Notes: generated from the letters alone by a model not told the origin. Positions 7,423 to 16,695 are shown, counted from the first letter of the stretch. The stretch is 33,232 nt of DNA from Betaproteobacteria bacterium (GCA_023258935.1 JAHFRG010000003.1:1-33232), one strand, 5' to 3'. Numbers and translations: made by a program.

Positions 7423-8640
7423 ATGACTGAAACCTGGGGGCTTGCGGCGTTGTGGTTGGGGCTGGCCTTGATTGCCGTGCTGATGTCGATCTGGCTGCGC
7501 ATCGCAACCGCATTGTCGGAAATTGTGGTCGGCATCGTTGCACAACTTGCCATCGGCACATTTATCGGCGCCGCCGCTCTCGGAGCAGATCAGTCGTGGA
7601 TTAAATTTCTTTCCGGCACCGGTGCCCTTGTTTTAACCTTTCTCGCCGGCGCCGAGCTCGATCCTGCCGTATTCAAGCTGAAATTGAAGGAAGCCACGGC
7701 GGTCGGGCTGATGAGTTTTTTCGCACCATTTCTCGGCTGCGCTGCAGCGGCTTATTATCTATTACACTGGGATGTTCAGGCGAGCTGGCTTGCGGGAGTC
7801 GCGCTTTCCACCACCTCGGTTGCGGTGGTTTATGCGGTGATGCTGGAATTCGGCTTTAATAAAACCGATTACGGCAAGACCGTGCTCGCGGCGTGCTTTA
7901 TTACCGACCTGGGAACGGTGCTGGCGCTGGGTTTTATTTTTTCGCCGTTCACGTATAAAACGCTGATTTTTTTCGGTGCCAGCATCATTGCTTTTACGAT
8001 ACTGCCGTGGCTGACGCCGCGCTTTTTCAAACGCTATGGCGAGAGACCATCGGAACTGGAAGCGAAATACCTGTTGCTTTGTCTTTTCGGCCTGGGCGCG
8101 CTCGCCGCCTGGGCAGACAGCGAAGCGGTGCTGCCGGCTTATGTGATCGGTATGGTGCTGGCGGGCACGGTGGGCAAGGATCACGCTTTGATCCGGCGGC
8201 TGCGCACTTTGACTTTCGGTTTGCTAACACCGTTTTATTTCATACGCGCAGGCTCCTTCGTCTCCATGCCGGCATTGCTTGCAGCGCCGGCGGCGTTTAT
8301 CATTTTGCTGGCGGCCAAGTTGGTGACCAAGTTTGTTGGCGTCTATCCCGTAACCAAATTCTATGGTTCGCCAAGGACGGAGGCCATGTATACGACTCTA
8401 TTGATGTCCACCGGGCTCACTTTCGGAAGCATTTCGGCGTTGTTCGGGCTCTCTCACCACATCATCGATCAGTCACAGTACTCCCTGCTGGTGGTCACCG
8501 TCATCGGGAGCGCGGTGGTGCCCACGTTGATTGCCAATGCTTTTTTCCTGCCGCGCCATTTGTTGAGACCAGCGCCCGAGCCGGGGAAGCATGCTACTGA
8601 ACAAAAAAACGTTGCAACGCAACTCGTCGACCGCAAATAA
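7423..8640 (+). CDS. cation:proton antiporter (Na+/H+ exchanger family, CPA-type)
   Basis: Polytopic membrane protein of ~405 aa, with FLAGAELD and ALSTTSVAVV motifs typical of the Na+/H+ exchanger family. ATG 7423 lies 6 nt downstream of a strong SD (AAGGAG 7411-7416). The tracked TTG start at 7399 has no SD. Confidence 0.85.
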   Translation: MTETWGLAALWLGLALIAVLMSIWLRIATALSEIVVGIVAQLAIGTFIGAAALGADQSWIKFLSGTGALVLTFLAGAELDPAVFKLKLKEATAVGLMSFFAPFLGCAAAAYYLLHWDVQASWLAGVALSTTSVAVVYAVMLEFGFNKTDYGKTVLAACFITDLGTVLALGFIFSPFTYKTLIFFGASIIAFTILPWLTPRFFKRYGERPSELEAKYLLLCLFGLGALAAWADSEAVLPAYVIGMVLAGTVGKDHALIRRLRTLTFGLLTPFYFIRAGSFVSMPALLAAPAAFIILLAAKLVTKFVGVYPVTKFYGSPRTEAMYTTLLMSTGLTFGSISALFGLSHHIIDQSQYSLLVVTVIGSAVVPTLIANAFFLPRHLLRPAPEPGKHATEQKNVATQLVDRK

Positions 8641-8652
8641 GAGAGAACGACC

Positions 8653-9069
8653 ATGATCAAGCACATTCTGGTGGCTTACGATGGCTCGGCGCCGGCAGAC
8701 AAGGCGTACGCCTTTGCCCTGGATCTGGCGAAGAAGTACGGCGCCGATATTCACGTGATTGCAGTGGCGCGGCCCCCGGAGTTCGGAGACGACGTGGAAA
8801 CCGCCGCTATCCTGGAAAATTCCGTGAAGCATTACGAAAAGATATTGGCGCCTCTGAAAGTCCAGGCCGCGTCCCAAGGGCTTAATCCGCACTTCAAGGT
8901 GGTCGTGGGACACCCGGCGGAACAAATCATATACCGTGCAGAAGAGTACAAAGCTGACCTAATAGTCATGGGCCATCGCGGAAAAACTTTGTTTGAACGG
9001 CTGCGCCTGGGCTCGGTGTCCAAGCATGTGATCCACTATGCACATTGTGCTGTGACTGTCGTGCGCTGA
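8653..9069 (+). CDS. universal stress protein (UspA family)
   Basis: 138 aa: MIKHILVAYDGS... N-terminus, GHRG...LGSVS ATP-binding motif, C-terminal CAVTVVR. Starts 12 nt after the antiporter stop, so it is probably co-transcribed. Confidence 0.85.
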   Translation: MIKHILVAYDGSAPADKAYAFALDLAKKYGADIHVIAVARPPEFGDDVETAAILENSVKHYEKILAPLKVQAASQGLNPHFKVVVGHPAEQIIYRAEEYKADLIVMGHRGKTLFERLRLGSVSKHVIHYAHCAVTVVR

Positions 9070-9114
9070 CTGGGCAGGATAAAAATAATTCCAGGCAGGC
9101 GGACCAGCGCGATA

Positions 9115-9945
9115 TTAAGCGAACAAATTGACCACGCCCTCCAGACCGATGTGGTTAATCATATAAGTCGTTTGCCGGCGGACAATGGGCTGGGCGTGGT
9201 AAGCGATGCTGACACCGGCCTGCGCCATCATTTTGAGGTCGTTAGCACCGTCGCCGAGAGCGATAACCTGCTCTTTCTTTAATCCGAGTTGCTTGCGGAT
9301 TTCCTCCACTTTAACTGCCTTTGCGTCGGCGTCAATAATTTTCTCCGCCAGTTTGCCGCTCAGTTTGCCGTTGACGATCTCCAGCGTGTTGGAATAGGTA
9401 TAGTCGAGGTTCAGGCGTTTTTTCAGCCGCTCGGCGAAAAAAGTGAAGCCGCTGGTTATCAATAATGTTTTGACGCCGGCCGCTTTCAATCTTGCGAGCA
9501 TTTTTTCCGCACCGTGGGAAAGCTGCAGGCGCTCATCGTAAACTCTTTGCAACGCGGATTCATTCAGGCCTGTGAGGAGGGCCACACGTCGGTGCACGCT
9601 GTCAGTAAATTCGATTTCGCCACGCACCGAACTTGCGGTGATTTGCGAGACTTCCGCTTTGATGCCCCGAATGTCGGCAAGCTCGTCAATGCATTCGATG
9701 GTAATCAGCGTTGAGTCCATGTCCATCGCCATCAGACCAAAATCGGCGAGCTTGAGGTTTTCAGGTACAAAGGCGAAATCGAGCTTCGCCTTCTCGCAGT
9801 ATTCAGCCACTCCGCCGCGCGCCTGCGTTTCGCACAGACGGAACGCCTCATGGGTGATTTGCTCAATGTGCGATGCACCGGCAAGTTTCGCCAAATGTCT
9901 GAGATCGCGGTTCTGGATCTCGGTGCCCTGAATAATGAGATTCAT
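9115..9945 (-). CDS. serB: phosphoserine phosphatase SerB (HAD superfamily)
   Basis: HAD motif I DMDSTLI, motif III/IV K...GDGANDL, and overall SerB-like sequence. I prefer ATG 9945 (MNLIIQG...). The tracked start at 10017 adds 24 Arg/Trp/Cys-rich residues that look non-coding. Confidence 0.85.
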   Translation of the reverse strand: MNLIIQGTEIQNRDLRHLAKLAGASHIEQITHEAFRLCETQARGGVAEYCEKAKLDFAFVPENLKLADFGLMAMDMDSTLITIECIDELADIRGIKAEVSQITASSVRGEIEFTDSVHRRVALLTGLNESALQRVYDERLQLSHGAEKMLARLKAAGVKTLLITSGFTFFAERLKKRLNLDYTYSNTLEIVNGKLSGKLAEKIIDADAKAVKVEEIRKQLGLKKEQVIALGDGANDLKMMAQAGVSIAYHAQPIVRRQTTYMINHIGLEGVVNLFA

Positions 9946-10135
9946 GATGTGAGCCGCAAAGGCGTGCTTATAGCGGGGCGGCAGCGATCCGTGCTCCGAG
10001 CGCCTCCAGCATCGCACCGGCTGCCAGGACTGATTAGGCCACCGTGACGATTATGATGTCCAACGTTTCAGTTCAGCGCCCGACGCGGTCGATGGGCTCC
10101 AACGGGTCATTAGGTCTGTAACCTTTACAAGAGCA

Positions 10136-10414
10136 TTAGCCTCTCTGGTAAGTAATCTTTTTGGTCCCGCCATCGCAACTACCAACCACCTTCTCATCCT
10201 TCACATCCTCATTCGGAACGATTCCCAAAGTATAAGATTCAACTCCATTTGCTTGAATCTTCGCATCAATCTCGGCCTTCAGCTCTTCACAAGGCTTCCG
10301 GGTCAAGACCGGCGCGCTTTCTTTGGCCTCTTCTTGGGCTGATGCAACGTAGCTCAATGAAAAACAAACCGATAAAGAAGTAAGTAGTAGTGCAATTTTG
10401 TGTTTGTGTGACAT
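10136..10414 (-). CDS. small secreted protein, DUF1161-like
   Basis: 92 aa with a signal peptide (KIALLLTSLSVCFSLSYVASA-QE). The mature part, PCEELKAEIDAKIQANGV...VVGSCDGGTKKITY, resembles the DUF1161 family as I remember it. Strong SD (AAGGAG) 8 nt upstream of the ATG. Confidence 0.65.
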   Translation of the reverse strand: MSHKHKIALLLTSLSVCFSLSYVASAQEEAKESAPVLTRKPCEELKAEIDAKIQANGVESYTLGIVPNEDVKDEKVVGSCDGGTKKITYQRG

Positions 10415-10515
10415 ATCAGTTCTCCTTTTTCAGGTTGAAGTTGAAATAAAACTCACTAATAGAAGCAAAGGGTCAGTGACTTTTTATCGAATCAAAGATA
10501 ATTCGTCTCTGCCTC

Positions 10516-10680
10516 TTATAGTTTCCTCTTTTTGTCGCGCTTTGCCATGTCGGATTGCTGTTTGGTTTGCGTTTCTTCTTCCTTCCTGTAATCGCCGATG
10601 ACGCTTTTCAGAGGACAGACTGTGAATGCCAGACATTTCTTACATCCGGCTGCTATGGCGATGGGACATAGGGTCATCAT
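10516..10680 (-). CDS. unlisted small ORF: 54-aa Cys-rich protein (hypothetical)
   Basis: Minus strand: GAGGAGAAGTGAG then ATGATG... The translation is MMTLCPIAIAAGCKKCLAFTVCPLKSVIGDYRKEEETQTKQQSDMAKRDKKRKL, stop TAA (complement of 10516-10518). It has a good SD, a 4-Cys pattern C5/C13/C16/C22 and a charged tail. It is absent from the provided ORF track, apparently because of its length. Confidence 0.45.
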   Translation of the reverse strand: MMTLCPIAIAAGCKKCLAFTVCPLKSVIGDYRKEEETQTKQQSDMAKRDKKRKL

Positions 10681-10801
10681 CTCACTTCTCCTCTATATAG
10701 CGTTTGCCTGCGGGCATACCAGCAATCAAAAATAGCTGGCAGAATTACTGTCTACCATAATCTGCTTTTCCCGGTCTTGTCGTCAACTCCTCCGGTGATC
10801 A

Positions 10802-13800
10802 TCAGCTCAATTCGCTAAACGCTTCTCTTATTGCCGCAACTCGCGCCTTGACGTCCGGCAGCTCGGCTTCGATGCGCAGGCGGTCAGGACCGTTCAAACG
10901 ATAATTACGTTTCTGCTGCATGAGATCGATAATTTTGGTGGCATCCACCGGCGGCTTGGGAATGAACTGCAGTTGAATGGCCGAGTCAGTGGCGTCGATG
11001 CGCAAAATGCCGAGTGGTTTTCCCAGGATGCGCAAACGATGAGTGTCCAGCAGAACCTTGGCAGGCGGCGGCGGCGAGCCGAAACGATCCACCAGTTCCT
11101 CGTGCATAAAATCCAGTTCTTCCAGTGTTTCGCAATTGGCGAGGCGTTTGTAGAGCACCAGCCGCTCGTGAATATCGTTGCAGTAATTTTCGGGCAAAAG
11201 TGCCGGCGCATGCAGATTGATTTCAGTAGTCACGCCCAAGGGTTGCGAGAGATCCGGTTCTTTTCCGTTTTTGAGTGATTTCACTGCGGCGCCCAGCATC
11301 TGGTTGTAAAGATTGAAACCCACTTCCTGCATTTCCCCGCTTTGCGCTTCACCCAAAATTTCTCCCGCGCCGCGGATTTCCAAATCCTGCATCGCGAGAT
11401 AAAACCCCGAACCCAGCTCCTCCATCATTTGGATAGCTTCCAGCCGCTTTCTTGCCTGCGCGCCTATGGCCTCTTCGTCCGGCGTGAGCAAATAGGCATA
11501 CGCCTGGTGGTGCGAGCGGCCGACGCGCCCGCGCAACTGGTGCAGCTGCGCCAGACCAAGTTTATCGGGGCGGTTGATGATAATGGTATTGGCGGTGGGA
11601 ATGTCAATCCCGGTCTCGATGATAGTCGTGCATAGCAGAACGTTGAAACGCCGCTGGTAGAAATCGCGCATCACGTGCTCAAGATCGCGCTCGCGCATTC
11701 GCCCGTGCGCGTAGTGTATGCGCGCTTCAGGCAGGAGCTTCACCAGTTTCTCGTACATGGTTTCAATCGTGTCGATTTCATTGTGCAGGAAATACACCTG
11801 CCCGCCGCGCTTAAGCTCCCGCAGCGCCGCCTCACGGATGATGCCCTGGCTGTAAGGTGTGACGAAAGTTTTAATCGCGAGCCTGCGCTCGGGCGCGGTA
11901 GTAATCACCGAGAAATCGCGCAGGCCTTCGAGCGACATCGCCAGCGTGCGCGGGATCGGCGTGGCGGTGAGGGTCAATACGTCCACTTCCGCGCGCAGCG
12001 CTTTCAATTTTTCTTTCTGCCGCACGCCGAAGCGATGTTCTTCATCAATGATGACAAGGCCCAGACGCTTGAACTTCACGCCTTTCTGAATCAGCTTATG
12101 GGTGCCGATGACGATATCTATTTTGCCTTCGGCCAGGCCATCCAGCGTCTGCGACTGTTCCTTGCCGGAGCGGAAGCGCGAGAGTTCGGCAATTTTAACC
12201 GGCCAGTCGGCGAAGCGGTCGGAGAAATTCTGGAAATGCTGCTCGACCAGCAAGGTAGTCGGCACCAGCACTACAACCTGCTGGCCATCCATCATGGCGA
12301 TGAACGCCGCGCGCAGCGCAACTTCGGTCTTGCCGAAGCCGACATCGCCGCAAATCAATCGGTCCATGGGCTTGCCTTTGGTCAAATCTTCAATCACGGA
12401 CTGGATGGCTGCCGCCTGGTCTCGCGTTTCCTCGAAACCGAAGCCGTCAACGAATGCTTCATAGTCGTGCGGCATGAAACCGAAGGCGTGACCCTGGCGT
12501 GAGGCGCGCTGCGCGTAGAGATTCAAAAGTTCGGCGGCGGTATCTCGCACCTGGCGCATCGCTTTTTTCCTAGCTTTATCCCATTGTCCGCTGCCCAGCT
12601 TGTGTAAAGGCGCGGCCTCCGGCGCAGCGCCGCTGTAGCGGCTGATGAGGGAGAGCTGAGAGACCGGCACATAGAGCTTGTCTTTTTCAGCGTATTCCAA
12701 CGCCAGGAATTCAGTCGCGCCTTCTCCCTGATCTATACTTACCAGTCCCAGATAGCGGCCAATGCCGTGGCTTTCATGCACCACCGGATCTCCGATACGG
12801 ATTTCGCTCAAGTCGCGCAGCATTCCTTCGCTGGAGGCTTTGCGCGCGGCTTCGCCGCGGTCGCGCCTGCGTACTTGCGCCGCGTAAAGCTCGCTTTCTG
12901 TGACAATTGCAACGAACTCGTCTTTGAGAATGAACCCGTTTTGCAGCGGTGATGCGCAGAGCATGAATCGCTCGCTGCTTTGCCTGAATGCCTCAAAGCT
13001 TTCGCACAGGACGGGCTTGAGCCCGTATTCGTTCAGGTATTCATGCACGATTTCGCGCCTGCCCAAACTCTCCGCCAGCAGCAGGATGCGACCGCTGAAG
13101 GTGTTGACGAACTGTGCGAATTTCGATAAGGGGTTTTCATCACGGCGGTCAACTGCAACCGACGGCAGGGGAGCAGTCGCGCATTGAGCGGCGTCGGTAT
13201 TTTCCCCGGCTGCAATTTCAATTCGCGGGAACGCCTTGCAGCCGGCGAAGAAACGGTCAACGCACAGAAATAATTCCTGCGGCGGCAGCAACGGGCGGTC
13301 GCGGTCACCGCGCAGCAATTCGTAGCGTGACTGCGTGTCGCGCCAGAAATTTTCCATTGAGGCAGTCACATCGCGGTGCAGGCAGAGAACGGCCCGTTGC
13401 GGCAAATAATCGAACAGCGTCGCCGTGTCGTCGAAAAACAGCGGCAGGTAATATTCAATTCCAGCAGGCGCCAGGCCCTGGCTGACATCTTTATATAGCC
13501 GGCTTTTCGAAGGGTCGCCCTCGAAACGCTCGCGGAAGTTGCGGCGGAAGCGTTCCTGGCCGTCTTTATCCAGAGGAAATTCTCGCGCAGGAAGCAAACG
13601 GATTTCATTCACCGGGTAAACGCTGCGCTGGGTGTCCACATCAAAAGTGCGGATGCTCTCGATTTCATCATGGAGCAAGTCGATGCGGTAGGGAAGGGCG
13701 CTGCCCATCGGGAAAAGATCAATCAGCCCGCCGCGCACGCTGTATTCCCCGGGCGAGACAACTTGAGTAACATGGGTATATCCCGCCAAAGTCAGCTGGC

Positions 13801-14218
13801 CGCGCAGGGTATCGCGGTCTAGTTTCTCCGCTTGCTTCAGGAAAAAAGTGTAGGCGGCGAGATAAGAAGGGAGCGGCAGTCGGTAAAGTGCGGTGGTTAC
13901 CGGAATGATTGCAACATCGCAGTCGTTGTGCGTGATGTGATAGAGCGTGGCCAGCCGCTCGGAAACCAGGTCTTGGTGCGGCGAAAAGCTGTCGTAAGGC
14001 AGGGTTTCCCAGTCGGGCAGCAGGTTGACCTTAAGCTGAGGAGCAAAATAAGGAATTTCTTCCAGCAAGCGTTGCGCGTCCTGTGCGGTTTCGGTGATGA
14101 TGACAAGTGGTTTGGTTTTTACCGCAAATTGCGACAAAGCGAGGGCATCGCCAGAGCCGTGCAATCCGGCGTAGCGTTGAATTTGACCAGGAAGCGGAAC
14201 AGCTTGGTCTAACAGCAT
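10802..14218 (-). CDS. mfd: transcription-repair coupling factor Mfd
   Basis: 1138 aa. CarD/TRCF RNAP-interaction region GDPVVHESHGIGRYLG, helicase motif I GDVGFGKTEVA, motif II DEEHRFGV, and a C-terminal TRCF domain. Confidence 0.95.
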   Translation of the reverse strand: MLLDQAVPLPGQIQRYAGLHGSGDALALSQFAVKTKPLVIITETAQDAQRLLEEIPYFAPQLKVNLLPDWETLPYDSFSPHQDLVSERLATLYHITHNDCDVAIIPVTTALYRLPLPSYLAAYTFFLKQAEKLDRDTLRGQLTLAGYTHVTQVVSPGEYSVRGGLIDLFPMGSALPYRIDLLHDEIESIRTFDVDTQRSVYPVNEIRLLPAREFPLDKDGQERFRRNFRERFEGDPSKSRLYKDVSQGLAPAGIEYYLPLFFDDTATLFDYLPQRAVLCLHRDVTASMENFWRDTQSRYELLRGDRDRPLLPPQELFLCVDRFFAGCKAFPRIEIAAGENTDAAQCATAPLPSVAVDRRDENPLSKFAQFVNTFSGRILLLAESLGRREIVHEYLNEYGLKPVLCESFEAFRQSSERFMLCASPLQNGFILKDEFVAIVTESELYAAQVRRRDRGEAARKASSEGMLRDLSEIRIGDPVVHESHGIGRYLGLVSIDQGEGATEFLALEYAEKDKLYVPVSQLSLISRYSGAAPEAAPLHKLGSGQWDKARKKAMRQVRDTAAELLNLYAQRASRQGHAFGFMPHDYEAFVDGFGFEETRDQAAAIQSVIEDLTKGKPMDRLICGDVGFGKTEVALRAAFIAMMDGQQVVVLVPTTLLVEQHFQNFSDRFADWPVKIAELSRFRSGKEQSQTLDGLAEGKIDIVIGTHKLIQKGVKFKRLGLVIIDEEHRFGVRQKEKLKALRAEVDVLTLTATPIPRTLAMSLEGLRDFSVITTAPERRLAIKTFVTPYSQGIIREAALRELKRGGQVYFLHNEIDTIETMYEKLVKLLPEARIHYAHGRMRERDLEHVMRDFYQRRFNVLLCTTIIETGIDIPTANTIIINRPDKLGLAQLHQLRGRVGRSHHQAYAYLLTPDEEAIGAQARKRLEAIQMMEELGSGFYLAMQDLEIRGAGEILGEAQSGEMQEVGFNLYNQMLGAAVKSLKNGKEPDLSQPLGVTTEINLHAPALLPENYCNDIHERLVLYKRLANCETLEELDFMHEELVDRFGSPPPPAKVLLDTHRLRILGKPLGILRIDATDSAIQLQFIPKPPVDATKIIDLMQQKRNYRLNGPDRLRIEAELPDVKARVAAIREAFSELS

Positions 14219-14275
14219 AAAAACGGCATATTATAAGATAAAATCGCCACTAATCAGAGATAATAAGAGACAAAA

Positions 14276-14914
14276 ATGTTTTTCAGCGACCGCATAGATG
14301 CGGCGAACAAGCTGGCTGAAAGGCTTTCCGCCTACCGCGGGAAAAACCCGCTGGTGCTGGCGATACCGCGCGGGGCGGTACCTATGGCCAGGCGCATCGC
14401 CGACGAACTCGGGGGTGAAGTGGATGTGGTGCTGGTGCGCAAGATCGGCGCTCCGGGCAATTCGGAATTCGCCATCGGCGCGGTTGACGAAAGCGGCAGC
14501 ATGTTTGTTACAGATGATGCGGCTTTAACCGGGGCCAGTGAAAACTACCTCGCTCAGGAAAAGCAAAGGCAGCTTGAAACCATGCGGCAGCGTCGTGCGC
14601 AGTACACTCCGCTGCGTGAGCCGAGCGATCCCGCAGGGCGCATTGTCATCGTGGTGGATGACGGGCTTGCCACCGGTTCCACCATGATTGCGGCGCTGCG
14701 CGCTTTGCGCCAAAGAAATCCCGAGAAACTAATCTGCGCCGTGCCGGTGGCGCCGCCGGATACATTGAATAAAGTAGAGCACTATGCCGATCAAGTCGTG
14801 TGCCTGCACGCTTCAGCGGAGTTCTTTGCGGTGAGCCAGTTTTATGGACATTTCCCGCAAGTGGATGACGAGGAAGTAATGGCGATACTCCGCCAAACTA
14901 GCGGCTCGAATTAA
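14276..14914 (+). CDS. phosphoribosyltransferase-family protein of unknown substrate (COG1926-like)
   Basis: 212 aa with the PRPP-binding loop RIVIVVDDGLATGSTM and an N-terminus FSDRIDAANKLAERL typical of the stand-alone 'putative PRTase' family. Confidence 0.75.
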   Translation: MFFSDRIDAANKLAERLSAYRGKNPLVLAIPRGAVPMARRIADELGGEVDVVLVRKIGAPGNSEFAIGAVDESGSMFVTDDAALTGASENYLAQEKQRQLETMRQRRAQYTPLREPSDPAGRIVIVVDDGLATGSTMIAALRALRQRNPEKLICAVPVAPPDTLNKVEHYADQVVCLHASAEFFAVSQFYGHFPQVDDEEVMAILRQTSGSN

Positions 14915-14978
14915 AAACGCATTGCCGGCATACCGGCGAAAAAGTAATAATACAAGCTTTATAACAAGGCCTGGAATC

Positions 14979-15674
14979 TTGAACCACTACGCTTTGGTCC
15001 CGGCCGCCGGAACCGGTGAGCGCTTGGGCGGGCAAACACCCAAGCAATATCTACCGCTCAACGGCAAGCCCATGCTGTTTTATTCGGTGCAGCGGCTGTG
15101 CGCCAGCCCGAGAATCAAGCGCGTTTATGTAGTCCTGGCGCGCGGTGAGAAGTGGTTTTCGCAACACGATTGGAAAGCCTTTGCCGGGAAGCTGACCCCG
15201 TTCTATTGCGGCGGGGAGACGCGCGCGGCGAGCGTGCTGAACGGGCTTGTTGCAGCAAAAGCGGAAATCGGCGCTGACGATTGGGTGCTGGTGCACGATG
15301 CGGCGCGGCCGTGTTTAAGTACTGAGCTTTTGGATAAACTTCTGGATGAGCTTGGCGGGGATAGTGTTGGCGGCTTGCTGGCGCTGCCGGTTGCGGATAC
15401 GCTGAAGCGCGCCGACGGAGCGGAACGGGTGCAGCGCACCGAGCCCAGGGAAAACCTGTGGCAAGCGCAGACCCCCCAGATGTTCCGCTACGGCACACTC
15501 ACCCGGGCATTGCAAGAAATGCAAAACAGGGAAGTGACTGACGAGGCGCGTGCTATTGAAGGACTGGGTTTGCACCCGAAACTGGTGGTGAGCGATGCGC
15601 GCAACCTGAAGGTGACTCACGCGCAGGATTTGCCGCTCGCCGAGTTGATTCTGAAAAGCATGGAGAGAGCATGA
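14979..15674 (+). CDS. ispD: 2-C-methyl-D-erythritol 4-phosphate cytidylyltransferase IspD
   Basis: [13 protein letters not shown] nucleotide-binding motif and overall IspD similarity. The start is uncertain: TTG 14979 (AAGG 10 nt upstream) or the tracked TTG 14922. Confidence 0.85.
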   Translation: MNHYALVPAAGTGERLGGQTPKQYLPLNGKPMLFYSVQRLCASPRIKRVYVVLARGEKWFSQHDWKAFAGKLTPFYCGGETRAASVLNGLVAAKAEIGADDWVLVHDAARPCLSTELLDKLLDELGGDSVGGLLALPVADTLKRADGAERVQRTEPRENLWQAQTPQMFRYGTLTRALQEMQNREVTDEARAIEGLGLHPKLVVSDARNLKVTHAQDLPLAELILKSMERA

Positions 15675-16171
15675 GGGTCGGCCAGGGATTTGATATACAC
15701 ACGCTGGTTGAAAACCGCAAGCTGATCATCGGCGGAGTCGTAATACCTTATAAAAAAGGCCTCGCAGGACACTCCGACGCCGATGTGCTGCTGCACGCGA
15801 TTTGCGATGCCTTGATCGGCGCCGCAGCCTTGGGTGATATCGGCGCACACTTTCCCGACACCGACCCGCGCTATAAGGACATAGACAGCCGCAAGCTCCT
15901 GCGCGAAGTGGGTAAGCTTTTAACCGAGAACGGCTGGCGCATCATCAATATAGATGCCACCATCATTGCTGAAGCGCCAAAAATGGCGCCGCACATACCA
16001 GCAATGGTGAAAAACATCGCGCAGGACCTTGCCATTGACGTCGGTGATGTCAATGTCAAAGCCAAGACCAACGAGAAGCTGGGTTATATCGGGCGCGGCG
16101 AAGGCATCATGGCCGAGGCGGTTGCGTGCATCAAATGCCTGAAATCGGAAAGCAAGGGCCCGAAGGCTTAG
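15671..16171 (+). CDS. ispF: 2-C-methyl-D-erythritol 2,4-cyclodiphosphate synthase IspF
   Basis: [10 protein letters not shown]...[11 protein letters not shown] Zn-binding motifs. ATGA overlap with the ispD stop. Carries a short C-terminal extension ([11 protein letters not shown]). Confidence 0.95.
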   Translation: MRVGQGFDIHTLVENRKLIIGGVVIPYKKGLAGHSDADVLLHAICDALIGAAALGDIGAHFPDTDPRYKDIDSRKLLREVGKLLTENGWRIINIDATIIAEAPKMAPHIPAMVKNIAQDLAIDVGDVNVKAKTNEKLGYIGRGEGIMAEAVACIKCLKSESKGPKA

Positions 16172-16695
16172 CAGTCGAAACAGCCAGGGTTTTTTTCGCG
16201 CTGTGGCCGGATGAGGCGGTGAGCGAGCTATTCATGCAGTGGGCGAAGCTGCTGCACGAAACCTGCGGCGGCGGCATCACCAGGCCGGGCAATCTGCATA
16301 TTACGCTGGCATTCCTGGGCAACGTCGCAAGTTCCCGCCTTGATGAATTAAAGCTGCTTGCGGCGAAGCTCGGCGGCTCCGCTTTTAATCTCAATTTCAC
16401 CGCGCCAGGCTATTGGCGCCATAACCGCATCGCCTGGGCCGCACCTGATGAAACGCCACAGGTCTTGAGCGATCTCGTCAAAAAGCTGGAGTGCTCATTG
16501 CAAATTGCAGGGTTCAGCTTCGATGAGCGCCCTTATGCGCCTCATCTCACTTTGTTGAGAAAAGCCCGCTGGGATCCTCCGCTACGCCCCCTTCAAAACA
16601 TTAATTGGGCAATTAGCGAATTTGTGCTGGTCCGTTCCAACCGGATAGAAAGCGGATCGGAATACGAAGTCATCGGCCGCTGGCCGCTTTCCTGA
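16135..16695 (+). CDS. thpR: RNA 2',3'-cyclic phosphodiesterase ThpR/LigT (2H phosphoesterase)
   Basis: Two H-x-T-x motifs (HITLAF and HLTLLR) and an RVFFALWP N-terminus. The first usable starts are GTG 16126 and ATG 16135, both inside the ispF 3' end. Confidence 0.8.
   Translation: MPEIGKQGPEGLAVETARVFFALWPDEAVSELFMQWAKLLHETCGGGITRPGNLHITLAFLGNVASSRLDELKLLAAKLGGSAFNLNFTAPGYWRHNRIAWAAPDETPQVLSDLVKKLECSLQIAGFSFDERPYAPHLTLLRKARWDPPLRPLQNINWAISEFVLVRSNRIESGSEYEVIGRWPLS

Noticed and set aside
9070-9114. Possible bidirectional terminator between the convergent usp and serB genes
   Set aside because: The GGCAGG motifs are direct repeats, not inverted ones. No stable hairpin or U tract was found.
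9946-10017. 24-codon N-terminal extension of serB (MRCWRRSEHGSLPPRYKHAFAAHI)
   Set aside because: The Arg/Trp/Cys-rich composition looks non-coding, and SerB homologues as I recall them start near MNLIIQG. It is kept only as an alternative start.
10398-10601. 67-aa plus-strand ORF in the DUF1161-mfd gap
   Set aside because: It begins inside the DUF1161 start region, has no SD and has a low-complexity hydrophobic translation. The opposite strand carries a better-supported small ORF with a strong SD.
11675-12502. 275-aa ORF antisense to mfd (plus several 60-125-aa ORFs within 10894..14212)
   Set aside because: These lie opposite the conserved helicase core of mfd. Their composition is typical of antisense frames, and nothing suggests a nested gene.
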